This document shows, in pieces, positions 31,034-41,387 of a DNA stretch of 64,000 nucleotides (position 1 is its first letter; each line of letters opens with the position of its first letter). The stretch is from Longimicrobiales bacterium (GTDB lineage Bacteria > Gemmatimonadota > Gemmatimonadetes > Longimicrobiales > Gaopeijiaceae), in NCBI GenBank assembly GCA_965219445.1, contig CBDCNQ010000004.1:992001-1056000 (forward strand). The letters are read 5' to 3'. The position numbers were made by a program, and so were the translations under genes. The notes beneath the pieces were generated by a model that had not been told where the DNA came from, did not search any database, and worked only from the letters and a program-made list of their open reading frames with translations.

Positions 31034-33395
31034 ATGACGGTGCACAACATGACGGCTTCCAGCGTTGCCCCGCCCGATCAGGAAACGGGGCCCTCACTGG
31101 ACACCCTCGACGCGGTCCAGCGAAGGGTGCTCTGGCTCGCGGTGAGCATGGTGCATCATGCGAACGAGGTCCGGGAGATCGAATCCGGCGTGAAGGTCGG
31201 GGGGCACCAGGCGTCCTCGGCGTCGATGGTGAGCATCATGTCCGCGCTGTATTTCGGACACCTCAATGCCGAGGACCGGGTTTCGGTCAAGCCACACGCC
31301 GCGCCGGTCCTACACGCGATCAACTACCTCCTGGGCCGCCTCGACGCTGCCTACCTGACCGGGCTCCGTTCCTTCGGAGGGCTTCAAAGCTACCCTAGCC
31401 GGTCGAAGGACCCGGACCCGGTCGACTTCTCCACCGGGTCGGTGGGCATTGGGGCAACGAGCACGATATGGAGCGCGATGGGCCAGCGGTATGTGTCGGA
31501 CCACTTCGACGTGCCACGCGCAGGCAGACAGATCGCTTTGGTGGGGGATGCGGAGCTGGACGAAGGTGCGATCTGGGAGGCCATCGTAGACCCCATGGTG
31601 CACCGCCTGGAAGAAGTCCTGTGGGTGGTCGACATCAACCGCCAATCGCTCGATCGGGTCGTGCCGGATATCGCCGCCGGTCGAATCGCTGAGATGTTCG
31701 AGGCCGCTGGCTGGCACACGGTCACCACCAAGTACGGCTCCCGGCTCCGCGAGCTGTTCAATCGGCCTGGTGGCCAGGTGCTGCGCCGAAGAATCGACGC
31801 GATGTCCAATGAGGAGTATCAACGGCTCCTCGTGGCCGACCCGGGAGACCTGAGAGAGCGGCTTCCCGGAGAGGGTGGAACGGTTCGCGAGGAAGTGCGT
31901 CGCGTCATCTCGGATCTCGACGACGGGGAGCTTCTCGCAGCTGTTCGCGACCTGGGTGGACACGACCTGGGCGATCTGCTCGCGGCATTCCGTGAGGCCG
32001 ATGCAGTTTCGGACCGACCCTCGGTGGTCTTCGCTTACACGATCAAGGGCTGGCGCTTACCGATCGAGGGGCATCCCGGGAACCACTCCGCGCTACTGAC
32101 CCAGGATCAATGGGAACAGCTTTCCATCGAACTCGGCGTCGATGCCGCGGACCCCTGGGCGATGTTCGATCCCGAATCGGACGAAGGTCGACTCTGCCAC
32201 GGCGTGGCGAGGCTGCTGGAACGTGATCCGGTTCCACCCAGCACTGTGCCAGATATCCCCACAGAGCTCGGGCGGAGTCATACGGCAACGGCTTCCACTC
32301 AAGGTGCCTTCGGCCGCTTCCTCAACGACCTGAGTCGGGAAGTCCCCCAGGTCGCCCGGCATGTCGTCACGGTGAGCCCCGATGTGGCATCGTCGACCAA
32401 TTTTGGGGGGCTGGATCAACCGCGTCGGGATTTGGAACATGCGCGAACGGCGTGACTGGTTTGCAGACGACTCCGGGACCTTGGTACATTGGCGGGAGGG
32501 AGAACAAGGTCAGCACATCGAGCTCGGGATCGCGGAGGGGAATCTCGTCGGGCTTCTGGGTGAGCTGGGCTTGACCTGGGTGAGAGACGGTCAGCCGCTG
32601 CTGCCGATCGGAACGTTGTACGACCCGTTCGTGAATCGAGCTTTGGAGCCCTGGTCGTTTGGAATCTATGCGGGAGGACAGTCGATTCTGGTGGGCACGC
32701 CGTCCGGAGTGACGCTCGCTCCCGAGGGGGGCGCCCACCAGTCGATCATCACCCCTTCGGTCGGCCTTGAGCAGCCAGGATGCGTGGCCTGGGAACCTGC
32801 ATTCGGGCAAGACCTAGAGTGGAGCCTGCTGCATGCGCTTTCGGAGCTTGGGCGTCCGAGTGGCACGTCAGCGTACTTCAGGCTCTCGACTCGTCCGATC
32901 GATCAGCGCCTCGCTCAGCTCCCCGAAGACGAGGGACTCAGGGAGGCTCGCCGCAGAGCGGTGTTGGCCGGGGGCTATAGGCTTCGGGCCGCGGCAAGAG
33001 GTCCGGATGTCACGTTGGTCGGGGTCGGTGCCATCATGCCCGATGTATGCGGAGCCGCTGATGAGCTCGAGCAGTCGGGACTGGCCGTGGATGTCCTCTG
33101 CCTGTCGTCGCCGGATCTCATATTCCGGGCCCTTCAGGCGAGACAGGGGCTTGCGACGGGCGGGTACGGAGTGCTCGACGAGCTCTTCCCGCCGGACAGG
33201 ACCGCTCCTCTCGTGACCGTGCTCGACGGCCACCCACACACTCTGACGTTCCTGAGTGCGATACGTGCGGTCCCGGTTGCCTCACTGGGAGTGAGTGATT
33301 TCGGACAGTCCGGTGACATTCAGGATCTATATCGACACTTCGGCATCGACGCCGACACGATCGTCGGCGCTGCTTTCGACGTCATCCAGGGTTGA
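31034..33395 (+). CDS. AceE-like 2-oxoacid (pyruvate) dehydrogenase E1/transketolase-like, split by a +1 frameshift at 32401-32410
   Basis: KVGGHQASSAS, LQSYP, STGSVG, GDAELDEG TPP motif; second frame has ELGIAEGN, EGGAHQS, FGQSG. Confidence 0.85.
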
Positions 33396-33429
33396 GGAGG
33401 GTTGCCGTCTAGCCCCTCACCCACCGGGC

Positions 33430-33545
33430 CTTCGCGCCGGCACCTCTGGGTCGGGATGTTCGGATCCGCACCGTAGGCCGTCAGAATGCGCATGGCCGGG
33501 ACGTCGGTGGCGTAGGCGGCCCTCCAGAAAGGCGTCGCCTGTCGG
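33430..33545 (-). pseudogene. Internal fragment of an ankyrin-protein paralog
   Basis: ATPFWRAAYATDVPAMRILTAYGADPNIPT vs ATPFWRAAYALDIDAMKLLVAYGADPDVPT in 38485-40278. Confidence 0.8.
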
Positions 33546-33579
33546 GAAGCCCTCTCGGAGCGCGGCCCACTCACCGGCG

Positions 33580-34368
33580 CTAATGCGACATCAACTCCCT
33601 GATCTGACGAAGCCCGGCGTCCACCTTCATCTGGATGCCCACGCGGCCGTATGCGACCGACGCCTTCGTCGGGTCGCCGGTAACGCCGGCCCCCTCGAAG
33701 CCGCCGGACGGCGCCAGTTTCTCCGTGCGGATGTGCTTCGCCTTCACGTACAGCAGTTGTGAGGTGTCGGGCATTCCGGCGTGGCGGCCGATGTCCTCCG
33801 ACGTGTGGCCTTGCTCCAGTAGCCACTCAGGAAAGCCATGACCAGAGTAGTAGTCACCGGCGAAGTGGACGCGGGCCTCGCGCTCCGACCATTCCTCGTT
33901 CAGCATCGCCGCGACGGTCTCCATCCCGTTCTGGTTCCCACCGCTGTCGCCGATGAAGACGACGTCGGTGAAGCCGCCGGCCGCGAGGCTCCGTGCGGTA
34001 TACTCGAGCAATTTCATGTAGTGCTCGTTGGGGAGCGTGATGGTTCCGGCGCGCTGCCGGTTCCCCTCCGTTTGTTCGACAGTTCCCTCGGGCACGTACG
34101 TCACGATCGGCGCAACGAGCGCGTTTCCGAGCGCCCGCGCGATCCGTTCAGCGGTCTCAGTCACGATGAATTTGTGCTTACCCAGCACCATGTGTGGACC
34201 GTTCTGCTCGGTCCCAGCCGTCGCGACGATGATCGTAGTGGTCCCGGCGTCGATCTTGTCGGCCACCTCCATCCAGGTCAGCTCATCGAGGAAGACGGTG
34301 TTGGGGGTCTGGGCGGAGGCGGGTGCTGCCAGGAGGAGGGCAGCGAGCGAGAGAGTGAGCGTCTTCAT
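33580..34368 (-). CDS. Exported creatininase-family protein
   Basis: Signal peptide; ELTWMEV, GTEQNGPH, GDSGGN, HAG..DTS. Confidence 0.88.
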   Translation of the reverse strand: MKTLTLSLAALLLAAPASAQTPNTVFLDELTWMEVADKIDAGTTTIIVATAGTEQNGPHMVLGKHKFIVTETAERIARALGNALVAPIVTYVPEGTVEQTEGNRQRAGTITLPNEHYMKLLEYTARSLAAGGFTDVVFIGDSGGNQNGMETVAAMLNEEWSEREARVHFAGDYYSGHGFPEWLLEQGHTSEDIGRHAGMPDTSQLLYVKAKHIRTEKLAPSGGFEGAGVTGDPTKASVAYGRVGIQMKVDAGLRQIRELMSH

Positions 34369-34532
34369 GGGAGCCTCCGCGTGATGCAGTCTGTGCCAGT
34401 AGGAGCGGATGGTCCAAGCTAAGCTGGTCAGACGACCTCTGCCACTGTACTGTGTTAGAGAGACTTCGGCGGGTCGGCACACACTTGTGTCTGCTGCGAG
34501 CACGATCACACCGGCGCGGATTCTAGGCACGG

Positions 34533-37061
34533 ATGAACTACGTTGTCTCGGCTATGTTGGTCGCGGGCCTCCTCATGGTCACGCTGGCCCCCGGCACGGG
34601 TCAGGGGGGCGGCAGCGGAGCGCCCGGAAGTGGCGCGACGCTCTGGGCCCCGGCGGCGCCCCTAGCTGGGTCCCCGGCGGGCTCGCTGGTAGGGCCCTCG
34701 AGCGCGACTCTGGTGGTTCCCTCCAGCGCGACTTCCGACGACATCGTGCAGCAGTACTGCGTGCGCTGCCACAACGACCGCATGCTCCGTGGCAACCTCT
34801 CGCTCGAGGACTTCACACTGGACGCGGCGGAAGAAACCGGTGACGTCGCGGAGAGTATGATCCGGAAGCTGCGTGCAGACATGATGCCGCCGCCGGGTGA
34901 GCGGCGGCCGTCGGGTGACTCGTTGCTCGTTCTCGTGGAGTCCCTCGAAGCGCACATGGACGAAGCAGCGGCCGCGAACCCGAATCCCGGCGGGCGAACG
35001 TTCCAGCGCCTCAACCGCGCCGAATACGAACGTTCCATCTACGACGTGCTCGGTCTACAGGTCGATGCCGGCGACTATCTTCCGCTCGACACCAAGAGCG
35101 CCAACTTCGACAACATCGCCGACGTGCAGATGGCGTCGCCGACGTTGCTCGACGCATACGTCAACGCCGCGGTGGAAATCAGTCGCCTAGCGGTCGGAAA
35201 CGCGGACGCGACCGCAAGCGAGACACAGTACCGGATTCCACGCTGGATGTCCCAGACCGAACGCGTCGACGGCGCGCCGTTCGGCACCCGGGGCGGTACA
35301 TCCGTCGTGCACAACTTCCCCGCCGACGGTGAGTACGTCTTCCGGGTCTCGTTCCACCACGAGACCGACGGTGAGGTCGTCGGCAATGGGCGTTCCGCTC
35401 TCCAGACCGCCGACGCGTGGGAAGAGATCGAGATCTCGATCGATGGTGAACGGGTCGCGCTGCTCGAGATGGACCGATGGATGCACGTCTCCGACCCGGG
35501 TGGCGCCGAGATGAAGACGGAGCCCATCTTGGTGGCGGGAGGCGCACGGCGGGTGACGGCCGCGTTCATCAAGCGCGCGGACGGGCCCGTACAGGACCTG
35601 ATTTCACCCCACGACTGGTCGCTTGCCAGCACCGCGGTCGCGGGAAGGTACGGCGTGAATCAGCTACCGCACATGCGCGATCTGGTGATCAGAGGACCGG
35701 TCACGACGGTCGGTGTCTCCGACACGCCGGTTCGGAAGGGGATCTTCACGTGCACGCCAGCCTCGCCGAGTGAGGCGCGTCCCTGCGCGGACCAGATCAT
35801 CTCGAGGCTGGGCGAGCAGGCGTTCCGCCGTCCGCTCAGCGAAAACGACCGGGCAGGGCTGATGTCGTTCTATGACGACGGGGCGGCGGACGGTGATTTC
35901 GAGCTCGGAGTGCGCACGGCGCTCGAAGCGATGCTCGCGAGCCCGCGCTTCGTCTTCCGCTTCGAGCAGCCTCCCGGAGACATCGCCACAGGACAGGTGT
36001 ACCGCATCAGCGGATTCGCACTGGCGTCGCGCCTGTCGTACTTCCTGTGGGCCGCACCTCCGGACGCCGAGTTGCGGCAGCTGGCCTCGAACGGATCTCT
36101 CTTGGACGATCGCGTCCTCGAAATGCAGGTTCTACGCATGCTTGCCGACGCGAAGGCCGACGCGCTCGGGCCGCGCTTCGCCGGCCAGTGGCTCCGCCTC
36201 CAGGACCTCGACAGGGTACACCCGGACGTGCGCCTGCAGCCGGACTTTCATCAGCAGCTCGCGGACGCCATGCGGCATGAGACCGAGCTCTTCTTCAATA
36301 GCTTGGTGCGAGACGATCGCAGCGTGCTCGACCTGTACGCTGCGGACTACACCTTCGTGAACGAGCGCTTGGCCAAGCACTACGGGATCGCCGGCGTCAG
36401 TGGCGAGGAGTTCCGGCGGGTCACGTACTCCGACGACACGCGACGGGGTGTGTTGGGGCACGCCAGCATCCTCACGTTGACCTCCCACGCCGGGCGCACG
36501 TCTCCGGTGTTGAGGGGGAAGTGGGTGATGGAGGTACTCTTGGGTAGTCCGCCACCCCCCCCTCCCCCAGGTGTTCCGGATCTCGAAGAGGTCGAGGACG
36601 TTGCCGATGGTCGGATGCTCACGACCCGCGAGCGCATGGAACAGCACCGCGCAAACCCGACGTGCAATTCCTGCCATCGCGTCATAGATCCCATCGGCCT
36701 CGCGCTCGACAACTTCGGAGTCACGGGCAAGTGGCGGACCCGCGAGAGCGGCAACCCACTGGATACGCGCGGAGAGCTATACGACGGGACGCCCATTGCG
36801 GGCCCAGCCGACCTGCGACGGGCCCTGCTGAACCGTCCGATCCCGCTCATTCGGACCTTCACGGAGAACCTTCTCGCCTACGCGCTAGGGCGCCGAGTCG
36901 AACACTTCGATCAGCCCACGGTACGTGCGATCGCTCGGGCCGCAGAAGCGGACGGGTATCGGATGTCGGCGTTCATCCTGGGCGTAGTGAAGAGCGATGC
37001 CTTCCGGATGCAAAACGCCAACGCAGTCGCGCAGCAGCGCGCACAGGACCAGCAGCCATGA
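34533..37061 (+). CDS. Planctomycete-type cytochrome c protein (DUF1587/1592/1595/1588/1585 domains)
   Basis: CVRCH and CNSCH; RLNRAEY, LASRLSYFLW, TSPVLRGKW motifs. Confidence 0.88.
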   Translation: MNYVVSAMLVAGLLMVTLAPGTGQGGGSGAPGSGATLWAPAAPLAGSPAGSLVGPSSATLVVPSSATSDDIVQQYCVRCHNDRMLRGNLSLEDFTLDAAEETGDVAESMIRKLRADMMPPPGERRPSGDSLLVLVESLEAHMDEAAAANPNPGGRTFQRLNRAEYERSIYDVLGLQVDAGDYLPLDTKSANFDNIADVQMASPTLLDAYVNAAVEISRLAVGNADATASETQYRIPRWMSQTERVDGAPFGTRGGTSVVHNFPADGEYVFRVSFHHETDGEVVGNGRSALQTADAWEEIEISIDGERVALLEMDRWMHVSDPGGAEMKTEPILVAGGARRVTAAFIKRADGPVQDLISPHDWSLASTAVAGRYGVNQLPHMRDLVIRGPVTTVGVSDTPVRKGIFTCTPASPSEARPCADQIISRLGEQAFRRPLSENDRAGLMSFYDDGAADGDFELGVRTALEAMLASPRFVFRFEQPPGDIATGQVYRISGFALASRLSYFLWAAPPDAELRQLASNGSLLDDRVLEMQVLRMLADAKADALGPRFAGQWLRLQDLDRVHPDVRLQPDFHQQLADAMRHETELFFNSLVRDDRSVLDLYAADYTFVNERLAKHYGIAGVSGEEFRRVTYSDDTRRGVLGHASILTLTSHAGRTSPVLRGKWVMEVLLGSPPPPPPPGVPDLEEVEDVADGRMLTTRERMEQHRANPTCNSCHRVIDPIGLALDNFGVTGKWRTRESGNPLDTRGELYDGTPIAGPADLRRALLNRPIPLIRTFTENLLAYALGRRVEHFDQPTVRAIARAAEADGYRMSAFILGVVKSDAFRMQNANAVAQQRAQDQQP

Positions 37062-37082
37062 ACTCGAAGGGAGACGGATAAC

Positions 37083-38477
37083 ATGCGATTCATCACCGGA
37101 AAGCAGATTCCCCGGCGCACGTTCCTTCGGGGCGCGAGCGCGTCGGTAGCGTTGCCGTTCCTCGACGCGATGGTGCCGGCCGGGCGGGTGTGGTCCAGGG
37201 CGCCGCGCGTGGACGACCCGACCCGTCTGATCGCGATCGAAATCGTGCACGGCGCGGCGGGCTGCAACAAGTGGGGCGCCACGCAAAACCTGTGGTCGCC
37301 GGCCGCGGCGGGGCGGGAATTCGATCTCTCCCCGACTGCGCTGCTGCCGCTGGAGCCGTACCGGGACTACTTGACGATCATCAGCAATACCGATGTAGGA
37401 AACGCTGAGGCGGCACAGGCCGAGGAGATCGGGGGCGATCACTTTCGGTCCAGCGCGGTCTACCTGACCCAGTCGCACCCGAAGCAGACCGAGAGCTCGG
37501 ACGTCTCCGTCGGCACCTCGTTAGACCAGATCTACGCCCAGCGTTTTGGGCAGAACACACCGATCCCGTCCATGCAGCTGTGCATAGAGAACGTCGATCA
37601 AGCGGGTGGCTGCGCGTATGGCTACGCGTGCGTCTACACCGACACGATCAGCTGGGCCTCGCCCACGGAGCCGCTCCCGATGATTCGCGACCCCCGGGTT
37701 GCGTTCGATCAGCTTTTCGGGGCCGGCGGGAGCGCGGAAGAGCGCGCCGCACGTAGGCAGACGAGCCAGAGCATCCTCGACTGGATCGCCGAAGACCTCT
37801 CGGCGCTCAAACGGTCACTCGGACCGAATGACACGGTGCGCCTCGATCGGTATCTCGACAACATCCGGGAGCTCGAGCGACGTATTCAGAGTGTCGAGGC
37901 CCGGAACCAAACGGGGGAGGCTCGCGAGCTGCCGGGGGCTCCGGCAGGTGTGCCGGACTCCTTCAGCGAGCACGTGAAGCTGATGTTCGACCTGCAGGCG
38001 CTCGCGTTCGCCTCCGACATGACGCGTGTGTTCTCGTTGAAGCTGGGGCGCGACGCGTCGTCGCGCGTCTATCCGGAGAGCGGGACGGAAACTCCGTTCC
38101 ACCCCGCGTCGCACCATGGTGGCCAGGAGGACCGGGTGCTCAACTTCGCCCAAATTAACAAGTACCACGTCAGCCTGCTGCCATACCTCATGGACCGGCT
38201 GAGGGAGATCCAGGAAGGCGATACCCACCTACTGGACAAGACGATGATCCTGTATGGCTCCCCGATGGCCGACCCCAACCTGCACAATCACCGCCGCTGT
38301 CCGTTGATCGTGCTCGGCGGCGCGAATGGGCAACTCGAGGGGAACCTGCACGTGAAGGCTGCCGATGGAACACCGATGGCCAACGCGATGCTCACCCTGA
38401 TGCACAAGCTGGGGCTCGAGGACGTGACCGGGTTCGGAGACAACACCGGGGCGCTCGCGCTCTCGGCGTCGGGATGA
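37083..38477 (+). CDS. DUF1552 family Tat-exported protein
   Basis: IPRRTFLRG..LPFLDAM, 'HPASHH', 'DKTMILYGS..HNH'. Confidence 0.9.
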   Translation: MRFITGKQIPRRTFLRGASASVALPFLDAMVPAGRVWSRAPRVDDPTRLIAIEIVHGAAGCNKWGATQNLWSPAAAGREFDLSPTALLPLEPYRDYLTIISNTDVGNAEAAQAEEIGGDHFRSSAVYLTQSHPKQTESSDVSVGTSLDQIYAQRFGQNTPIPSMQLCIENVDQAGGCAYGYACVYTDTISWASPTEPLPMIRDPRVAFDQLFGAGGSAEERAARRQTSQSILDWIAEDLSALKRSLGPNDTVRLDRYLDNIRELERRIQSVEARNQTGEARELPGAPAGVPDSFSEHVKLMFDLQALAFASDMTRVFSLKLGRDASSRVYPESGTETPFHPASHHGGQEDRVLNFAQINKYHVSLLPYLMDRLREIQEGDTHLLDKTMILYGSPMADPNLHNHRRCPLIVLGGANGQLEGNLHVKAADGTPMANAMLTLMHKLGLEDVTGFGDNTGALALSASG

Positions 38478-38484
38478 GGGGCCG

Positions 38485-40278
38485 ATGATGCATCAGGCAC
38501 AGTGCGGTAGGCGATCTCACTACAAGGTTTTAGGCGTGTCGGTATGTGCGCTTCTGACCTGGGCCGCGGCCCCGCCCGATGCACCGGTCGCTGAAGCCGC
38601 GATGAGGGGGGACGCAGCCGAGGTTCGCGCCTTGATCGAGGCGGGCGCGGACGTGAATGCGGCGCTCGGAGACGGCATGACCGCACTGCACTGGTCCGCC
38701 GAGCGCGGAGACAGCGATGTCGCCTCACTGTTGCTGTCGGCCGGCGCTCAGGTGGAGTCGACCACCCGCCTCGGCGCGTACCGTCCGCTGCATCTCGCCG
38801 CCAAGGGCGGTCACACGTCAGTCGTCCGCGAGCTCCTGCAGGCCGGCGCCTTTCCCAGTCCGGGCACCACGACCGGTGTCGTCACGCCACTCCACTTGGC
38901 AGCTGCGTCCGGAAGCGGCTCCTCGGTGGCCGTGCTGATCGAGTACGGTGCCGACGTGGATCGGGGCGAGACGGCCTGGGGGCAAACCCCGCTGATGTTC
39001 GCCGCGGCCGCGGGCCGGGTCCAAGCGATCCGTGCGTTGCTGGACGGTGGCGCCGACGCCGACTTGAGGGCCCACGTGCTCGACATGCCAACAAGGGACG
39101 CCGACGACGGGGAAGACCAGGCCGAGCGGCGGGAGCGAATGAGGGCTCCAGAGCGTGATGAGCCCCCGACACCGCAGGCGAACGCTACCGAGCGCTCGGG
39201 ACAAGCGCCGGCCGCGGGGAGCGCTCCTGCCGGGGGCGTCGATGTCAACGAAGCCCAGCGGGATCCCGTGCCGCAACCGCTGTCGCACGCGCAGCTCATG
39301 GGTGGGTACGGTGGTCTGAGTGCGCTCCTATTGGCGGTTCGAGAGGGGTATTCCGGAGCCGCGATGGCGTTGCTCGAGGGCGGAGCCGACATCGATCGGG
39401 TGAGCGCCGGGGACCACACGAGTCCGCTCGTGATGGCGATCCTCAACGGCCACTTCGACTTGGCCATGGAGCTCTTCGAGCAGGGCGCCGATCCCAGGAT
39501 CGCGAGTGACGCGGGCGCGACACCTCTGTACGTCGCGCTCAACACACACTGGATCCCGAAGTCCAGGCACCCCCAGCCTACAGACCGGCTGCAGCAGGAT
39601 GTCACTTACCTCGACCTGATGCTGGCCTTCCTGGAAGCCGGGGTAGACCCCAACGTGCAACTCACAAAGCAGCTCTGGTTCACGACGTTCGGGGACGACT
39701 ACCTGAGGGTCGACCGTACGGGTGCGACGCCGTTTTGGCGCGCGGCGTACGCTCTGGACATCGACGCCATGAAGCTTCTGGTCGCGTACGGTGCCGATCC
39801 GGACGTGCCGACCGTGAAGACGCCCGAACGCCGTTTCGGCAGGGGAGCGGGCCAGGGCGGGACTGATGAAGATGCGTCCGGGCTGCCCCCCGTTCCGATC
39901 GGCGGCCCGGGCGCGTGGCCGATCCATGCGGCGTCGGGCGTCGGGTACGGAGAGGGCTACGCGGCAAACATCCACCGTCATGCGCCGAATGGCTGGCTTC
40001 CCGCCGTGAAGTACCTCGTCGAGGAGTTCGATGCGGATGTGAACGCACGGGATCTGAACGGATACACACCGCTGCACCATGCCGCGGCGCGCGGAGACGA
40101 TCAGCTGATCCGCTACCTCGTCGAACGAGGTGCGGACGTTAGCGTGGTGAGTCGGAAGGGTCAGACCACGGTGGACATGGCAAACGGTCCGGTGCAGCGC
40201 ATCACACCATTCCCCTCGACCATCGCCTTGCTCGAGGGGCTCGGCGCGAAGAACAACCACAATTGCGTGGGCTGCTAG
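38485..40278 (+). CDS. Exported ankyrin-repeat protein
   Basis: Repeated G.TALH/TPL..A...G motifs; ends NNHNCVGC. Confidence 0.92.
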   Translation: MMHQAQCGRRSHYKVLGVSVCALLTWAAAPPDAPVAEAAMRGDAAEVRALIEAGADVNAALGDGMTALHWSAERGDSDVASLLLSAGAQVESTTRLGAYRPLHLAAKGGHTSVVRELLQAGAFPSPGTTTGVVTPLHLAAASGSGSSVAVLIEYGADVDRGETAWGQTPLMFAAAAGRVQAIRALLDGGADADLRAHVLDMPTRDADDGEDQAERRERMRAPERDEPPTPQANATERSGQAPAAGSAPAGGVDVNEAQRDPVPQPLSHAQLMGGYGGLSALLLAVREGYSGAAMALLEGGADIDRVSAGDHTSPLVMAILNGHFDLAMELFEQGADPRIASDAGATPLYVALNTHWIPKSRHPQPTDRLQQDVTYLDLMLAFLEAGVDPNVQLTKQLWFTTFGDDYLRVDRTGATPFWRAAYALDIDAMKLLVAYGADPDVPTVKTPERRFGRGAGQGGTDEDASGLPPVPIGGPGAWPIHAASGVGYGEGYAANIHRHAPNGWLPAVKYLVEEFDADVNARDLNGYTPLHHAAARGDDQLIRYLVERGADVSVVSRKGQTTVDMANGPVQRITPFPSTIALLEGLGAKNNHNCVGC

Positions 40279-40512
40279 GGAGCTCCCAGCTATCTGAAGC
40301 CCAAAGCCTCCCAGGAATCCGAGGCCGCATCGCCTGCTCATGTAAGGGGTCTTGGGAGCCCGGTCGGCCCGTCCATATGCTCTCAGTGCCGATTTGGCCC
40401 GTCGAGCTGGCCATTTTGTTCATCTCAGATCCACCCAGTCCGCCTACCTAGGGACTCCCGGCCAGTGAGCCGGGTGGGTCTCGAGGAACCGCGAGTGTCA
40501 CCGCGCGATTAG

Positions 40513-40941
40513 ATGGATATGAGAACTAGACCCAGTGTCATCCTGATCAGGGAATGGGAGGAGCAACTGTCGGGCAGCGGTTGCTGTGGACGAGTGGAAG
40601 GCGACTTCCTGACACGCGAAGGAGAGCCCGCCTTTCGGGAGCGTCGGGCGTGCATGGAGGCGATGGCGCCCTTGTCCCGGAGGTTGAGAGAGAGATTCGG
40701 CGACGGGATCGAGCTTCAGGTCCTGGATCCGCGGAATCCGGCCTTGATATTCCTCCTGATCAGGGACTTCTGGGCCTTTCGCGTGGGGCTTGTTGAAGCC
40801 CTGAAGACGACCGGGAGGCTCCCGATCCAGGCCGTGGTCGTGAACGGTCGGCTGGTATCACGAGGGGAGTGGCCGGATCCGCTGGAGGTGGTTCAGATTC
40901 TCGAGGAGGCGATCTCCGCGGGCGCCCTCCAACCCGCCTGA
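40513..40941 (+). CDS. Thioredoxin-fold-like protein with GCCG motif
   Basis: SGSGCCG, 'AVVVNGRLVSRGEWP'. Confidence 0.6.
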   Translation: MDMRTRPSVILIREWEEQLSGSGCCGRVEGDFLTREGEPAFRERRACMEAMAPLSRRLRERFGDGIELQVLDPRNPALIFLLIRDFWAFRVGLVEALKTTGRLPIQAVVVNGRLVSRGEWPDPLEVVQILEEAISAGALQPA

Positions 40942-40987
40942 GACACGTCTTCGTGGAAGGCGTGGTGAATCGTCGGCTAGCTTGCGG

Positions 40988-41015
40988 TCGAACCCCGAAC
41001 CTACAGACTAAGAGT
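40988..41015 (-). other. Degenerate tRNA-Lys 3' fragment (att-like)
   Basis: 26/28 identity to 50262-50289. Confidence 0.65.
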
Positions 41016-41387
41016 TTGGTGGCAGTATATACGCAGAGCGCCCTTGAGGTCGCCTAAGTTACTGCGAGTTAGGGCGTTAGGGGGTCGGTTGTTATCTCGA
41101 GTGCCGCTGAGATTCGGTCCGTTTCGGGGAATTTGGGGTCCCGGTTGGGGTCCCAAGACCGTCTCAAGCGATCAGTGTCGGCCCACTCGACCGCATCAGG
41201 CCTGGCGCTTGACACAGTAGGGTCCGGGTGGGATGATCTCATGGTGGTCCATCTCGACCCATTGCCCGATGGAATCGGGTGGTGGCACCCAGGAGGAATC
41301 TCATGGAGCCGCGATCGACCGGCGGCCCCTGTACAGATCAACTCATTCATCCACCACACTGCCCGTTGCCCTGCGAAGGAGCGTTTC

